Positions 1 through 9,379 of a DNA stretch of 12,304 nucleotides are shown piece after piece. A program made the translations under genes and the position numbers. The notes below the pieces were generated by a model, which saw nothing but the letters and a program-made list of their open reading frames with translations, did no database searches and was not told where the DNA came from. This DNA is from Octopus sinensis (lineage: Eukaryota): NCBI RefSeq assembly GCF_006345805.1, contig NW_021826629.1, positions 1 to 12,304 on the forward strand, written 5' to 3'. Within the stretch, counting starts at the first letter, position 1. The number at the start of each line of letters is the position of its first letter.

Positions 1-300
1 GCCATCTACCTGAAAGGGGTTGTGATTTAACAGCCTTCCTACTAACAAGGACTTTGGTTTTGACTAGGTTAACTCTAAGGCCCTTCGATTCTAGACCTTG
101 CTTTCAGACGCTAAACTTTGTTTCCAGTCCTGGCAGTGACTCGTTTGTCAGAGCAAGGTCATCAGCATAAAGAGGATCCCAGGGGCAGAGTGTCTTGAAT
201 TCCTCTTTTATTGTCTGGAGGACTATAATGAATAGGAGGGGGCTGAGGACTAATCGTTGGTGAACTCTGGTGTGTATTTGTAAAGTGGAATGTTTCACAG
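1..300 (-). mobile_element. RTE-like LINE reverse transcriptase fragment (degraded), continues off the left edge
   Basis: Translates VHQRLVLSPLLFIIVLQTIKEEFKTLCPWDPLYADDLAL (QG-S-LSP-like motif and YADD catalytic motif). Continues across a stop and frameshifts as KQGLESKG/LRVNLVK/KVLVSRK...GRW. Confidence 0.88.
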
Positions 301-560
301 AGTATAGAGGATGTATGAAAACTGTTAAGAAATGAAGTGAGCATACTTCAGAAGAAGTGTAATATTAATGTGCTGAAGTCCCGGAGCAGAGATGAGCTGG
401 AAGCAAAACTGGGGTTTAGAAGATTCAGAGATAGCGCACAAGAGACGAGATGGTACAGATATGGGAGGAGTATGGGGGATTTAAAAAATGTGGATAAAGA
501 AGTGCCAGAAGATCCAAATTGAAGGAAATAAGAAGTTGAACCTGACAAAGGATGACAACA
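301..560 (+). mobile_element. RTE-like LINE C-terminal ORF fragment, heavily decayed, opposite orientation to 1-300
   Basis: RNEVSILQKKCNINV..SRDELEAKLGFRRFRDSAQETRWYRYG resembles the RTE C-terminal pattern 'EM.MLRWMC...ELR.KLG....RRLRW.GH'. Right boundary is approximate. Confidence 0.6.
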
Positions 561-1507
561 GCTGTGGGAGTAGTCAAATTTGAATGCAACAATCAAGTCA
601 GAACTAAAACCAGAGGTGAAATACTCAGAAAACTGTGCCTCTTTTAGCATTAATATCATCTAAAATCTAACAAGAGTGAGAAAAAGAATGACTATATGGA
701 TGGTAAATGTTGTTCAAACAATGTAATAAGTGTATATTATATATAATTACAAAGAAGGATTTGTGTATTCAAGTCAAATTCAATTTCTGATTGTATATTT
801 TGTATAAACACCAATAATTTGTTTAAATATAAACAGATGTTCACGGTTCAATACTAAATTTAACATTTAATAAAATTAAGTTCATGATGAATATTCTTAT
901 ACAGAGTTAACATTTAATTATAATTTTCTAATTTGCAACTACAAAATGTATTCTAACCAGAGACATTCAGGGTACACAACCCCAGAAAATACAAAATATT
1001 ACGACAGACATCTGGCTACATAACAACATCAAGAATAACCTATCAGAAAACTTACGAAAGATCTTAGTAGAAAAACAAACAACTATTTTATTAATTCACG
1101 AGTTTACACCTAAAATAATAAATTATAGTTCCCTCTTCCAGAAGACAATATTAACTCTATTGTGGCTTTTAATTTATCCATTTTACCAAACATGTGAACC
1201 ATGACTTTATGAAATTTCAGTAATATTTTTAATACAATTACTTTAGAGCTAACCTTTCAACTGGAAATTAGAAATGGGATTTATTCTCCATCATTCTAAT
1301 AAGCAAAATACTTGAGGTGGATGTAAAATATATAGAAATTAATTAAGATCTCTAATTTTAAACTCATCTCTGCCACAGTCTGCACTCCCTTCTCTTCAAA
1401 CTTTGGACTCTCTGAAATATGTGTCTCCAAGTTTTATATTTATTTATAGCACAATCCCTTTATATTTATTAATAATCTATATTTTATTAATGAGAGACAT
1501 TCATACC

Positions 1508-1762
1508 TATTTCTTTATTACCCACAAGGGGCTACACACAGAGGGGACAAACAAGGACAGACATAGGTATTAAGTCGATTACATCGACCCCAGTGCGTAA
1601 CTGGTACTTTATTTATCGACCCCGAGAGGATGAAAGGCAAAGTCGACCCCGGCGGAAATTGAACTCAGAACGTAACGACAGACGAAATACCGCTAAGTAT
1701 TTCGTCCGGCGCGCTAACGTTTCTGCCAGCTCGCCGCCTTCTGCCAGCTCGCCGCCTTCTGC
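1508..1762 (-). mobile_element. Full-length tRNA-derived SINE with 10-bp target site duplication
   Basis: Minus strand has an A-box-like TGGCAGAAACGTTAG, a B-box-like GAGTTCAATTTCC, a central GTCGACTTTGCCTTTCATCCTCTCGGGGTCGATAAAT domain (recalled as Meta/MESC-type) and an A-rich end AATAAAGAAATA. CATTCATACC flanks it directly at 1498-1507 and 1763-1772. Confidence 0.9.
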
Positions 1763-2511
1763 CATTCATACCATCAATGGCCAACCAGCGATCATAATTG
1801 TTTTGGTCAATGTTTTTATACTTTCAACAGTGGACCCATGTAATAGCCAATATTTAGCTCCAAAACGAACTCTAGTTGATCTTTGTAAATTTCCTCTCTC
1901 TGTTAAGATATCCTACATAATCTAACAATGCTGTAATTATATCACTTAATTATCACCTAATAACAGTTAATCTGTAGGTTTTGGTTTCCTTGCTTATATC
2001 TATGCCAAATCTATTGCATTTTCAAAACCCTGATCTTCACTAACAACCTGTTTGATTCCAGTGTCAACAAATTTATTCATCAAAGATATAACAACAAACA
2101 CATGTCACAACCACTTCAAGAAGGGGAAACATACACCTAATCTCTTTGTTAAACATTGTTGCTGATAATCTTTAATTTTAACTTCACAGTTCAACAGAAT
2201 GCCATCTTATTCAGGATATATTTGAAGGTTTCATGATCTGGTTGGAACGTGACACTCATGTCAGAACCAAAACCAAAATTTGAGAGACGAACAAAACTGT
2301 GTCTCTGTTAGCCTTGATATCACCCAAAGACCAACACAGCAACATGGAGTTGTGTGTTGAAGTCTCAAACACTGGTGACACAAACTTTTACTCCTTTAAA
2401 ATATTCTACTGAATTTAATACTTTGCCAAAGATGACACTGATGTCCTTGTAAGTACTGTTGTATTTAATTATCTTCTAACAACTCATAATTAATTATAGA
2501 GTTGATGGAGA

Positions 2512-2517
2512 TTTATT
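2512..2517 (-). terminator. Candidate polyadenylation signal AATAAA
   Basis: AATAAA on the minus strand ~190 nt downstream of the candidate stop, followed by TG-rich sequence (tgagttgttag). Weak evidence in AT-rich DNA. Confidence 0.2.
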
Positions 2518-2704
2518 GATACTTCAGTTACTCACTAATTATCTTGCAGAATCCTCCATTATTTTTATGTTGCAGACTACAACCCTCTTGAAGTGTGACA
2601 TGTTTCCTACTTGGATAAGGTCAATGTTTAGTGGATGTAGTGTGAGAGATATACTATTACAGAGAACAGACACTAGGAACACCTTTTATCATAAATCTGC
2701 CAGA

Positions 2705-2721
2705 TTATGGCAGACCTCTGT
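2705..2721 (-). CDS. mib-like: Candidate short terminal coding exon (D-R-G-L-P-stop)
   Basis: Acceptor ttcatgttgttatgtag| gives a 90-nt intron. Phase 1 joins as g+ac = Asp, then aga ggt ctg cca taa. An alternative AG at 2750-2749 gives Glu-stop. Not confirmed without transcripts. Confidence 0.35.
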
Positions 2722-2811
2722 CTACATAACAACATGAAGTATATTATTCTACACAATAAGGGCAATGGGACAAGCAGGACAAACAGACAGATCAGCAAAG
2801 AATATTCTTAC

Positions 2812-2951
2812 CAACTCGACCTCTGCTTGTTACAGGTTTCAAACACCTCAGGCATCGTTTAAGTGGAACGTTTGAACATTCTTCACATGTCAGAAGGTGT
2901 TCACAGGGATGAACTTTTGTTGTGGCCGTTTTATTTCTGCACAACAAACAT
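2812..2951 (-). CDS. mib-like: Mind bomb-like protein, exon E (C3HC4 RING finger, MIB RING1-like)
   Basis: Acceptor gtttctgttttgtccacag| and donor |gtaaga. 140 nt, phase 2 to 1, compatible with exon D. Translates CLLCRNKTATTKVHPCEHLLTCEECSNVPLKRCLRCLKPVTSRGRV, with pattern C-x2-C-x11-C-x-H-x3-C-x2-C-x7-C-x2-C and all eight zinc ligands present. Confidence 0.92.
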
Positions 2952-3133
2952 CTGTGGACAAAACAGAAACATCCAATCAATAACATTCATTTATAACAAA
3001 TATTACATTATTTACATGTTCGGAATAGAGAATATTATTATAAGATACATCAGTAACTACCAAGAGTAGAGCAGAAACTCTTCTTTAAATATTTACATAC
3101 ATACTGCATTTTGTGTAGTTAAATGACGCAGAA

Positions 3134-3180
3134 ACACACACACACACACACACATACATACACACACATGCATACATACA
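3134..3180. repeat. (AC)n/(ATAC)n microsatellite
   Basis: Seen directly. Confidence 0.95.
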
Positions 3181-3597
3181 TTGATGAATGTTTGTCTTGA
3201 CCCTGATACATCATAGAAATTGGTTGACACACAGTGAACTGCATATATTCCAGAAATATATTTCACTTCTAACATCGAACTCATTTCTTCTGAACAAATA
3301 TATCTACAGAGGTTTCTTTATATACACATACTTTATTATATACATCCTGTCCACAGATTAGCAGATGAGGTGTCCAGTACTGAAGAGTGGCAGGAATAGC
3401 CCGAAACCAGACCTGGTCTGCTGGTTCTGTTGCTATAAGATGGTAGGATTTCGATCCCCTGCTCGCAATTAATCGGATGCACCTTTGCATTGTTAATTAG
3501 CTAGAGGAGGTGTTCTCTTGGGGTTAAACATTCGCAGTAGAGTCCATCCGAACAGATACTCATGTTGGCGTGCCTACGAATATTACTTATATATTTT

Positions 3598-3649
3598 CGT
3601 CCAGCCCGTGCAATCACGGAAAACGGATGTTAAACGATGATGATGATAT
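3598..3649 (+). mobile_element. Short retroelement 3' tail ending in (GAT)n
   Basis: gtccagcccgtgcaatcacggaaaacggatgttaaacgatgatgatgat matches a recalled cephalopod SINE/RTE-type 3' end. Confidence 0.5.
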
Positions 3650-3653
3650 ATCT

Positions 3654-3655
<2 letters not shown>

Positions 3656-3694
<39 letters not shown>
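3656..3694. repeat. (TA)n microsatellite
   Basis: Seen directly; abuts the left arm of the long inverted repeat. Confidence 0.97.
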
Positions 3695-3697
<3 letters not shown>

Positions 3698-3698
3698 C

Positions 3699-4171
3699 TT
3701 ATGTGAATGTTTTAATAATAATAATAATAATAACAATAATAATAATAATAATATGTCTACAGATCGCAGCTGATATTATTGGAAAGGGGCAAAATAAGGG
3801 ACAGAAAACTAGAACTACATGCACGATACATATTATAAAGCCTCCCAAAATCATGGTGGAAAATATCTCATCAGCATTGCCCAAATGATGTTGGCATCAG
3901 CTTTAAGATATACCCAAGGCCTGGGCCCCGTATTATCTGTCCACAACATAAATCAAACTCGCATCACATAACAACAATACGGCAAAATTATTTCACCTCA
4001 AGTGGCCCCGGTCCATTTAGCATTACACCAAAATACATTAAAGCAGAAAAAGACCCCCATAAAGTTCAAGAAGTATTTGGAAAAATCCTTCAAGAAATCC
4101 CGGATAAAACTCCAACACCAGGATATGTCCCCGTAAACAGCAACTCTCTCCTCGAGTGGGTCATGTTGTCC
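3699..4171 (+). repeat. Left arm of long inverted repeat: (AAT)n plus decayed CR1-group LINE 3' end
   Basis: Reverse complement of 4438-4909. The plus frame reads WWKISHQHCPNDVGISFKIYPRPGPR...IRQNYFTSSGPGPFSITPKYIKAEKDP...ILQEIPDKTPTPGYVPVNSNSLLEW, resembling the CR1-group ORF2 end 'GPRLFN.LP..I....FK..LDKFL..IPD.P...GY....NSL'. Confidence 0.95.
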
Positions 4172-4215
4172 GCATCATGACCTGGGCTATTACTGGCCGA
4201 AACCTATCATGCATA

Positions 4216-4417
4216 CATATATATATATATATATATATATCACGTGATCACGTGACCGACCAGTCCATCAGATGTAGTTACACATCGCCGGTCACAATGC
4301 GTTCGCATTGTTTTAGCCTTCGAATGACGCCACCCCACTGGCTAAGCGAGCAGGCCAACAGAAGAAAGAGTGGTGAAAGAGTACAGCAGGGATCACCACC
4401 CCCTGCTGGAGCCTCAC
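4216..4417 (-). mobile_element. Probable 5'-truncated SINE body with (TA)n tail inside the inverted-repeat spacer
   Basis: GC-richer segment tcacgtgatcacgtgaccgacc...ggagcctc matches a recalled octopus SINE body whose tRNA head is absent here. (TA)n at 4216-4240 sits where its tail would be. Confidence 0.45.
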
Positions 4418-4437
4418 TACAGGGTGAATCAGGATGT

Positions 4438-4909
4438 GGACAACATGACCCACTCGAGGAGAGAGTTGCTGTTTACGGGGACATATCCTGGAGTTGGAGT
4501 TTTAACCGGGATTTCTTGAAGGATTTTTCCAAATACTTCTTGAACTTTATGGGGGTCTTTTTCTGCTTTAATGTATTTTGGTGTAATGCTAAATGGACCG
4601 GGGCCACTTGAGGTGAAATAATTTTGCCGTATTGTTGTTATGTGATGCGAGTTTGATTTATGTTGTGGACAGATAATACGGGGCCCAGGCCTTGGGTATA
4701 TCTTAAAGCTGATGCCAACATCATTTGGGCAATGCTGATGAGATATTTTTCACCATGATTTTGGGAGGCTTTATAATATGTATCGTGCATGTAGTTCTAG
4801 TTTTCTGTCCCTTATTTTGCCCCTTTCCAATAATATCAGCTGCGATCTGTAGACATATATTATTATTATTATTGTTATTATTATTATTATTATTAAAACA
4901 TTCACATAA
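4438..4909 (-). repeat. Right arm of long inverted repeat (inverted copy of 3699-4171)
   Basis: By eye there are only three substitutions and a 1-nt indel (in the AAT tract) relative to the left arm. Confidence 0.95.
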
Positions 4910-4970
4910 ACGATTATTTGTAAAAGCAAATAAAATCTTCTGAAGCTTGTCAATTGAATAAAGCAGAACT

Positions 4971-5505
4971 GTTAGTTAGTTAGTTAGTTAATTTGGCTCA
5001 AAAGCAAATAGCAAGGCCATGTAGGGGGACATGGAGTTAAGTACAGGGTGGTGTTCATGTAAAGAGTTCAGGCCACTTGAGGTCAAGGGAGGCTTTGAAC
5101 AAAGCGGTCGTCGGCATCTTCACCATCTCGTCTGGCAGCTTGTTCCACGGATCCGCAACCCGGACGGAGAAAGCTCCTCTCCTTCGATTGAGATGAAATC
5201 GTCGCAGGTAGAGCTTTTCGGAATGACCCCGCAGCCGACGCTCTGGAGCAGGAGTGAAGAACAGCTCTTTCGAGAGGTTACACTTTCCGCTTATGATGTT
5301 GTGGGCGAGAATGAGATCACCACGGCGGCGGCGTTTTTCAAGAGAATAAAGGTCGAGCGTCCTCAGCCTTTCTTCGTAGGACAAATTTTTGAGACCATGA
5401 ACCATGCGGGTAGCCAGCTTCTGGACTCTTTCGAGATGCTGTATGTCTTTGAGGAGATAAGGAGAAGAGGCTTGAATCCCATACTCCAATATTTGTACAG
5501 TCCAA
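4971..5505 (-). mobile_element. CR1-type LINE 3' fragment (5'-truncated), ORF2 C-terminus, 3' UTR and (TAAC)n tail
   Basis: Uninterrupted frame ILEYGIQASSPYLLKDIQHLERVQKLATRMVHGLKNLSYEERLRTLDLYSLEKRRRRGDLI...FSVRVADPWNKLP...FKASLD is typical of the CR1 ORF2 end. The stop at 5055 is followed by a ~70-nt UTR and a taactaactaactaac tail. Confidence 0.93.
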
Positions 5506-6230
5506 AAATCAATATCTATAAACAATAACTGAATTTCAACAAAGAGAGTTTTGTATATTCACTGTGGGGGAAATGTGTCTGCTTCTTAAGTAGCTAATAC
5601 AGAGAGATGTATGGCAACGAAATTGCCAAATCTTATAAAATACGGGAGTCAAAGGCGACTAAAACACCTAGTAATGGTATATGTGTTACTTGAATTATTT
5701 ACGTTTCCTGGCAGTTTTTTTTTCTATGAAGATATGTGGCGATGTTCCATCAGTATTTGCAGAAATATAATATATACACTGTTGGTGTGTGTTTGTAGGT
5801 TAATTTTCTATGAAATCATTCTTAATATTGACTGATTCGGACTTAGAAGAGTGAGAAAAAGATGTTGGTAGACAGATAAATTCCACTTAATTCTAAGTAA
5901 CAGATTCAAAATGGAATTCATTCACTTCATTATTGAGATCTATATTTTCCTATTGATCACAAATCTTTAAAATAGGGAACGAAGAGGGGTAGGTGGGGGT
6001 GGACAGTGGAGTATAACTGTCAACACTACGAATCATGTGAATGTAATCAAAATCATGTTCTTTCTTTGATCTCCTGACAACTGCATATTGTTTATTGTGT
6101 GGCCTTTGACAAAAACACTAGCGACAGTATAATGTATGGGTAGAATTGAAACGAAATAAACATAAATATGATTATATACAAAATAGAAAATGTACAGGTT
6201 TATCTTGTTTCATTGCTAGGAGATACTTAC

Positions 6231-6406
6231 GGTGGTGGTAAAAATGCTTCTAATTTTTTTCTCAAATTTGGGTCCTTAATGAGGTCCAATGGTGTGTTAT
6301 TTTTGTTGTTTTTATGGTGAAAGTCAGCTCCCTGGCTGGCGAGATATCTCGCAACCACTATACCAGAGAGCCTTTCTTCTATTTTCAGGTTAAGGGAAGT
6401 GCAGCA
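6231..6406 (-). CDS. mib-like: Mind bomb-like protein, exon D (last ankyrin repeat and linker)
   Basis: Acceptor tttccctatttgtag| and donor |gtaagt. 176 nt, phase 0 to 2. Translates CCTSLNLKIEERLSGIVVARYLASQGADFHHKNNKNNTPLDLIKDPNLRKKLEAFLPP(P). GADFHHKNNKNNTPLDLIKDPNL parallels the MIB1 segment recalled as [23 protein letters not shown]. Confidence 0.92.
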
Positions 6407-6909
6407 CTACAAATAGGGAAATATAAAATGATGACAATATTACACAAATATTCAAAACAAATGCCCCTAATTACACAAAAGTTTATCTAAATTTACTCAT
6501 AGCTTGTTTATCCACTAATTAAAGCAATTACAAAGTATTGAGTTCCTACATAATCTTTAATTGAGTCCATTTCCCATTTTCATGTTTTTACTTTATTTTC
6601 AACACTGAGACACTCTCTAAATATATTGTCATTACATTGAGCAGGACAAACCGTATTGATTAACATCAAGCTTATTAATGAGTAAATATTTACTTGTCAG
6701 TCACATTGTGATGGTTATGTTTATATGGCCAACAACCGTGATGGGTCACCTCTCGACCGTGCTGAGACGACATTTTTGAGAGTGAAAGGAGATAGAATAT
6801 TGTTTGTTACATAATATCACTCGGGTCACAAGGGGAGACTGGATCACGGAATGGTAATGGAGGATGAGGTTGATAGGGGAGAATTGATACAAGACAAGCT
6901 AAGCTTGGC

Positions 6910-6995
6910 TGTCTGTCTGTCTGTCTCTCACACTCACACAAAGACTCGCAAATACACAAATTCACACACACACACAGACACACACCGACACACAC
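6910..6995. repeat. (TCTG)n and degenerate (CA)n microsatellite
   Basis: Seen directly. Confidence 0.85.
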
Positions 6996-7028
6996 GCATG
7001 TATATACGCAAACAATTTAAAAACTTAC

Positions 7029-7238
7029 TTCGTTTAGTAAATCCAAGGGTGCATCCTCGGAATCAAACACTTCTCTTTCCACGGCCAGGTGCAAACAGCT
7101 GTTACCCCCACGATCAACAGCATTTACATTTGCACCCAGAGCTACTAACTTTTGTGTCATTCCGAGGTGACCCTGGGAAACGGCTTCAAGCAATGGTGTC
7201 CTTTTCCTTTTGTTTTGAATATCGAACTGAACGGAACC
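7029..7238 (-). CDS. mib-like: Mind bomb-like protein, exon C (ankyrin repeats)
   Basis: Acceptor tttttacttccacaaag| and donor |gtaagt. 210 nt, phase 0 to 0. Translates GSVQFDIQNKRKRTPLLEAVSQGHLGMTQKLVALGANVNAVDRGGNSCLHLAVEREVFDSEDAPLDLLNE. Confidence 0.93.
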
Positions 7239-7642
7239 CTTTGTGGAAGTAAAAATAGAAAATGAAAATTTACATGAAAATCAGGATGGATATCAATGTG
7301 TCATTATTGTCTTCTACTGTATACTTGATCAAACTGATCATGTACATTTGATGTTTGCCCGTAAAATCAACCTTCGTAAGATCCTCTAGATGTTGCTATG
7401 AGAATGTGTTCTAGACAGGATAAAGATGTCCTAAATAGATTGTTTCAGCTTAATCTACCTTTCTTCCTAACTATAGTAAGTTTTAGGGGAGCTGAACACG
7501 AGTGAACACATGATTAACAGATCAAGACTAGTAAAGAAGAATTAAAATTTCTAAAGTATATTTTGATGTTGCTATAATTAATAAGATGTTCATAAAACTT
7601 TTGAGGTGGTTAGTGTCCACCACCATGAAATTAATGCGCTTG

Positions 7643-7783
<141 letters not shown>

Positions 7784-8248
7784 TTTATATACATTACTGT
7801 TGGATATATAATATATATGTTGAATGAGGAATATGTAAAATGAAGTTCACGAGAAAATTATTCATCACAAAGATTGGTTTGACCCATCTTGCATCGATTC
7901 CTTGCGGGTGGGAGAGTTCTCGGTATCGCTTGGTATGTTGTTGTTGTCAGTAGGTTCTTGGATTATGGCATTATAGCCAACAACCTCCTGGCAACAACAT
8001 GCCAAGCGAAGCCGAGAATATTTAGTGAGGTTTCTTCTGTAAAACAAGACACCAGATAAGATGCATCTGCACCGGAGGATGCAACACATCCGATTATACA
8101 GTATCCAACCCACATGTGTCCGATACAAAATGGGTCAATACTCCATTTCCCAATCCCCCATTTGTAATAAAACTCAAAAAACCGTGAAATTCCTAAGGTA
8201 GACTAAGTGGAAAATTATATCACAACGTGTGTGAGTGTGTGCGTGCAG

Positions 8249-8309
8249 ACATACATACATACATACATACATACATACATACATACATACATACATACAT
8301 ACATACATA
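8249..8309. repeat. (ACAT)n tetranucleotide microsatellite
   Basis: Seen directly. Confidence 0.97.
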
Positions 8310-8477
8310 GAGAAACTGTGCATAGTTTAGCTGTGCAGCGGATGTTGACATAAAGTGAAAAATAAAGTATCTTCAATAAACTGAATAATGACATATCTAT
8401 GTATATATATGTTTTGATTGTAGAAAAGATAAATCCGGAGAAGAAGCACACTCTAAGATGTAGAGCAGTGTATATTT

Positions 8478-8984
8478 AAAACTGGGAAGGCCGGTTCCGG
8501 GATTACCCTTGGTTTCCGGTCCAAAAAGGATTTAGCTTCATGGCGTATCATTAGACCCCAAAACCTGTTGGCCTAAGACCTCTTCCAAATATGGAGGTTG
8601 GAAAAGCCCTTCACCTCATACGCCTAATCACGTCCAATAGCTTTTGCAGCTGCATACGGGTGTATAGTTCGTTGGATGACGTGGCGATGTTATTGCTGGA
8701 GTATCCGAGGTCAAATTGTTTCATATTTATGGGAGACCCGTGGTTTCAGTGAAACGCTTCAATGGTGAGATATTTAACAGGCACCACATGGTCACTGGGA
8801 TAATCTCTTGCTAGGGAGCTGAAAAGGATCGTTTGCAGAAAAATTAAATCCCTGGCTTTTCCCCTTCCATATTTTGAAGAGGTCTTAGGCCAACAGGTTT
8901 TGGGGTCTTACGATACGGTACAAAGCTAAACCCTTTATGAATGGGAAACCCAGGGTAAATCCCATAAACCACCCCAATTTTTTT
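8478..8984. mobile_element. MITE-like non-autonomous DNA transposon with ~130-bp imperfect terminal inverted repeats
   Basis: 8478-8608 is an inverted match to 8853-8984, including a perfect 33-bp core (8553-8585 versus 8876-8908). The interior is non-coding and both flanks are TA-rich, compatible with Tc1/mariner TA insertion (inference). Confidence 0.7.
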
Positions 8985-8990
8985 ACATAC

Positions 8991-9021
<31 letters not shown>

Positions 9022-9045
9022 AGTGTATATGCATGTATGTATATT
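8985..9045. repeat. (TA)/(TATG) low-complexity repeat
   Basis: Seen directly. Confidence 0.9.
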
Positions 9046-9379
9046 TACTGCTTCCTTTTTGATATCTTACTAAATCTCCTTCTCTCTTCTATTAAAAACT
9101 GTTTTGTAAATTATTGTCTTCCATATATTAATATTTTGAAAATAAAATTCTCTTCTTGTATATGTATATTGCATTGAAGAATGGATGTAAACATGATATT
9201 CTATGAACTGAGGTGCTTGTCATTTATACCTGTTTTACTTTGTAAATTGCACGATGGCACTGTATGGTTTATAACCTATACACTAATGCAGACATGTAAA
9301 AAGATTTATCATACACAAAAATTTTTTGTTAAACGATGTAACTGGTGAAAGAAATATATTCATCTTATAATTTCTTAAT

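Noticed and set aside
1721-1764. Short direct repeats considered as a CRISPR-like array
   Set aside because: The units are contiguous with no spacers, lie within a SINE head, and the context is eukaryotic.
1593-1925. 110-aa plus-strand ORF
   Set aside because: It is the antisense of the SINE plus flank, and the SASSPP repeat is just the 18-bp duplication.
2000-2080. Short minus-strand frame MNKFVDTGIKQVVSEDQGFENAIDLA* considered as the exon after the RING
   Set aside because: There is no AG acceptor in a compatible phase; the nearest upstream AG leads to stops.
2100-2603. Short gapped inverted similarity between ~2100-2126 (acatgtcacaaccacttcaagaaggg) and ~2583-2603 (ccctcttgaagtgtgacatgt)
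   Set aside because: About 20 matches with two gaps and no extension on either side; cannot be distinguished from chance.
3380-3597. GC-richer patch with a B-box-like tttcgatccc
   Set aside because: There is no A-box at the proper spacing, no cloverleaf and no recognisable family; probably an old repeat that I cannot call.
4156-4611. 151-aa plus-strand ORF across the hairpin spacer
   Set aside because: It runs through a (TA)n tract, a SINE body and the antisense of a LINE arm, so it is a chance frame.
5031-5528. 165-aa plus-strand ORF
   Set aside because: It is the antisense shadow of the CR1 ORF2 fragment and has no recognisable motifs.
5986-6003. G-rich run ggggtaggtgggggtgg as a possible G-quadruplex
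   Set aside because: Only two tracts have three or more G, and there is no functional context.
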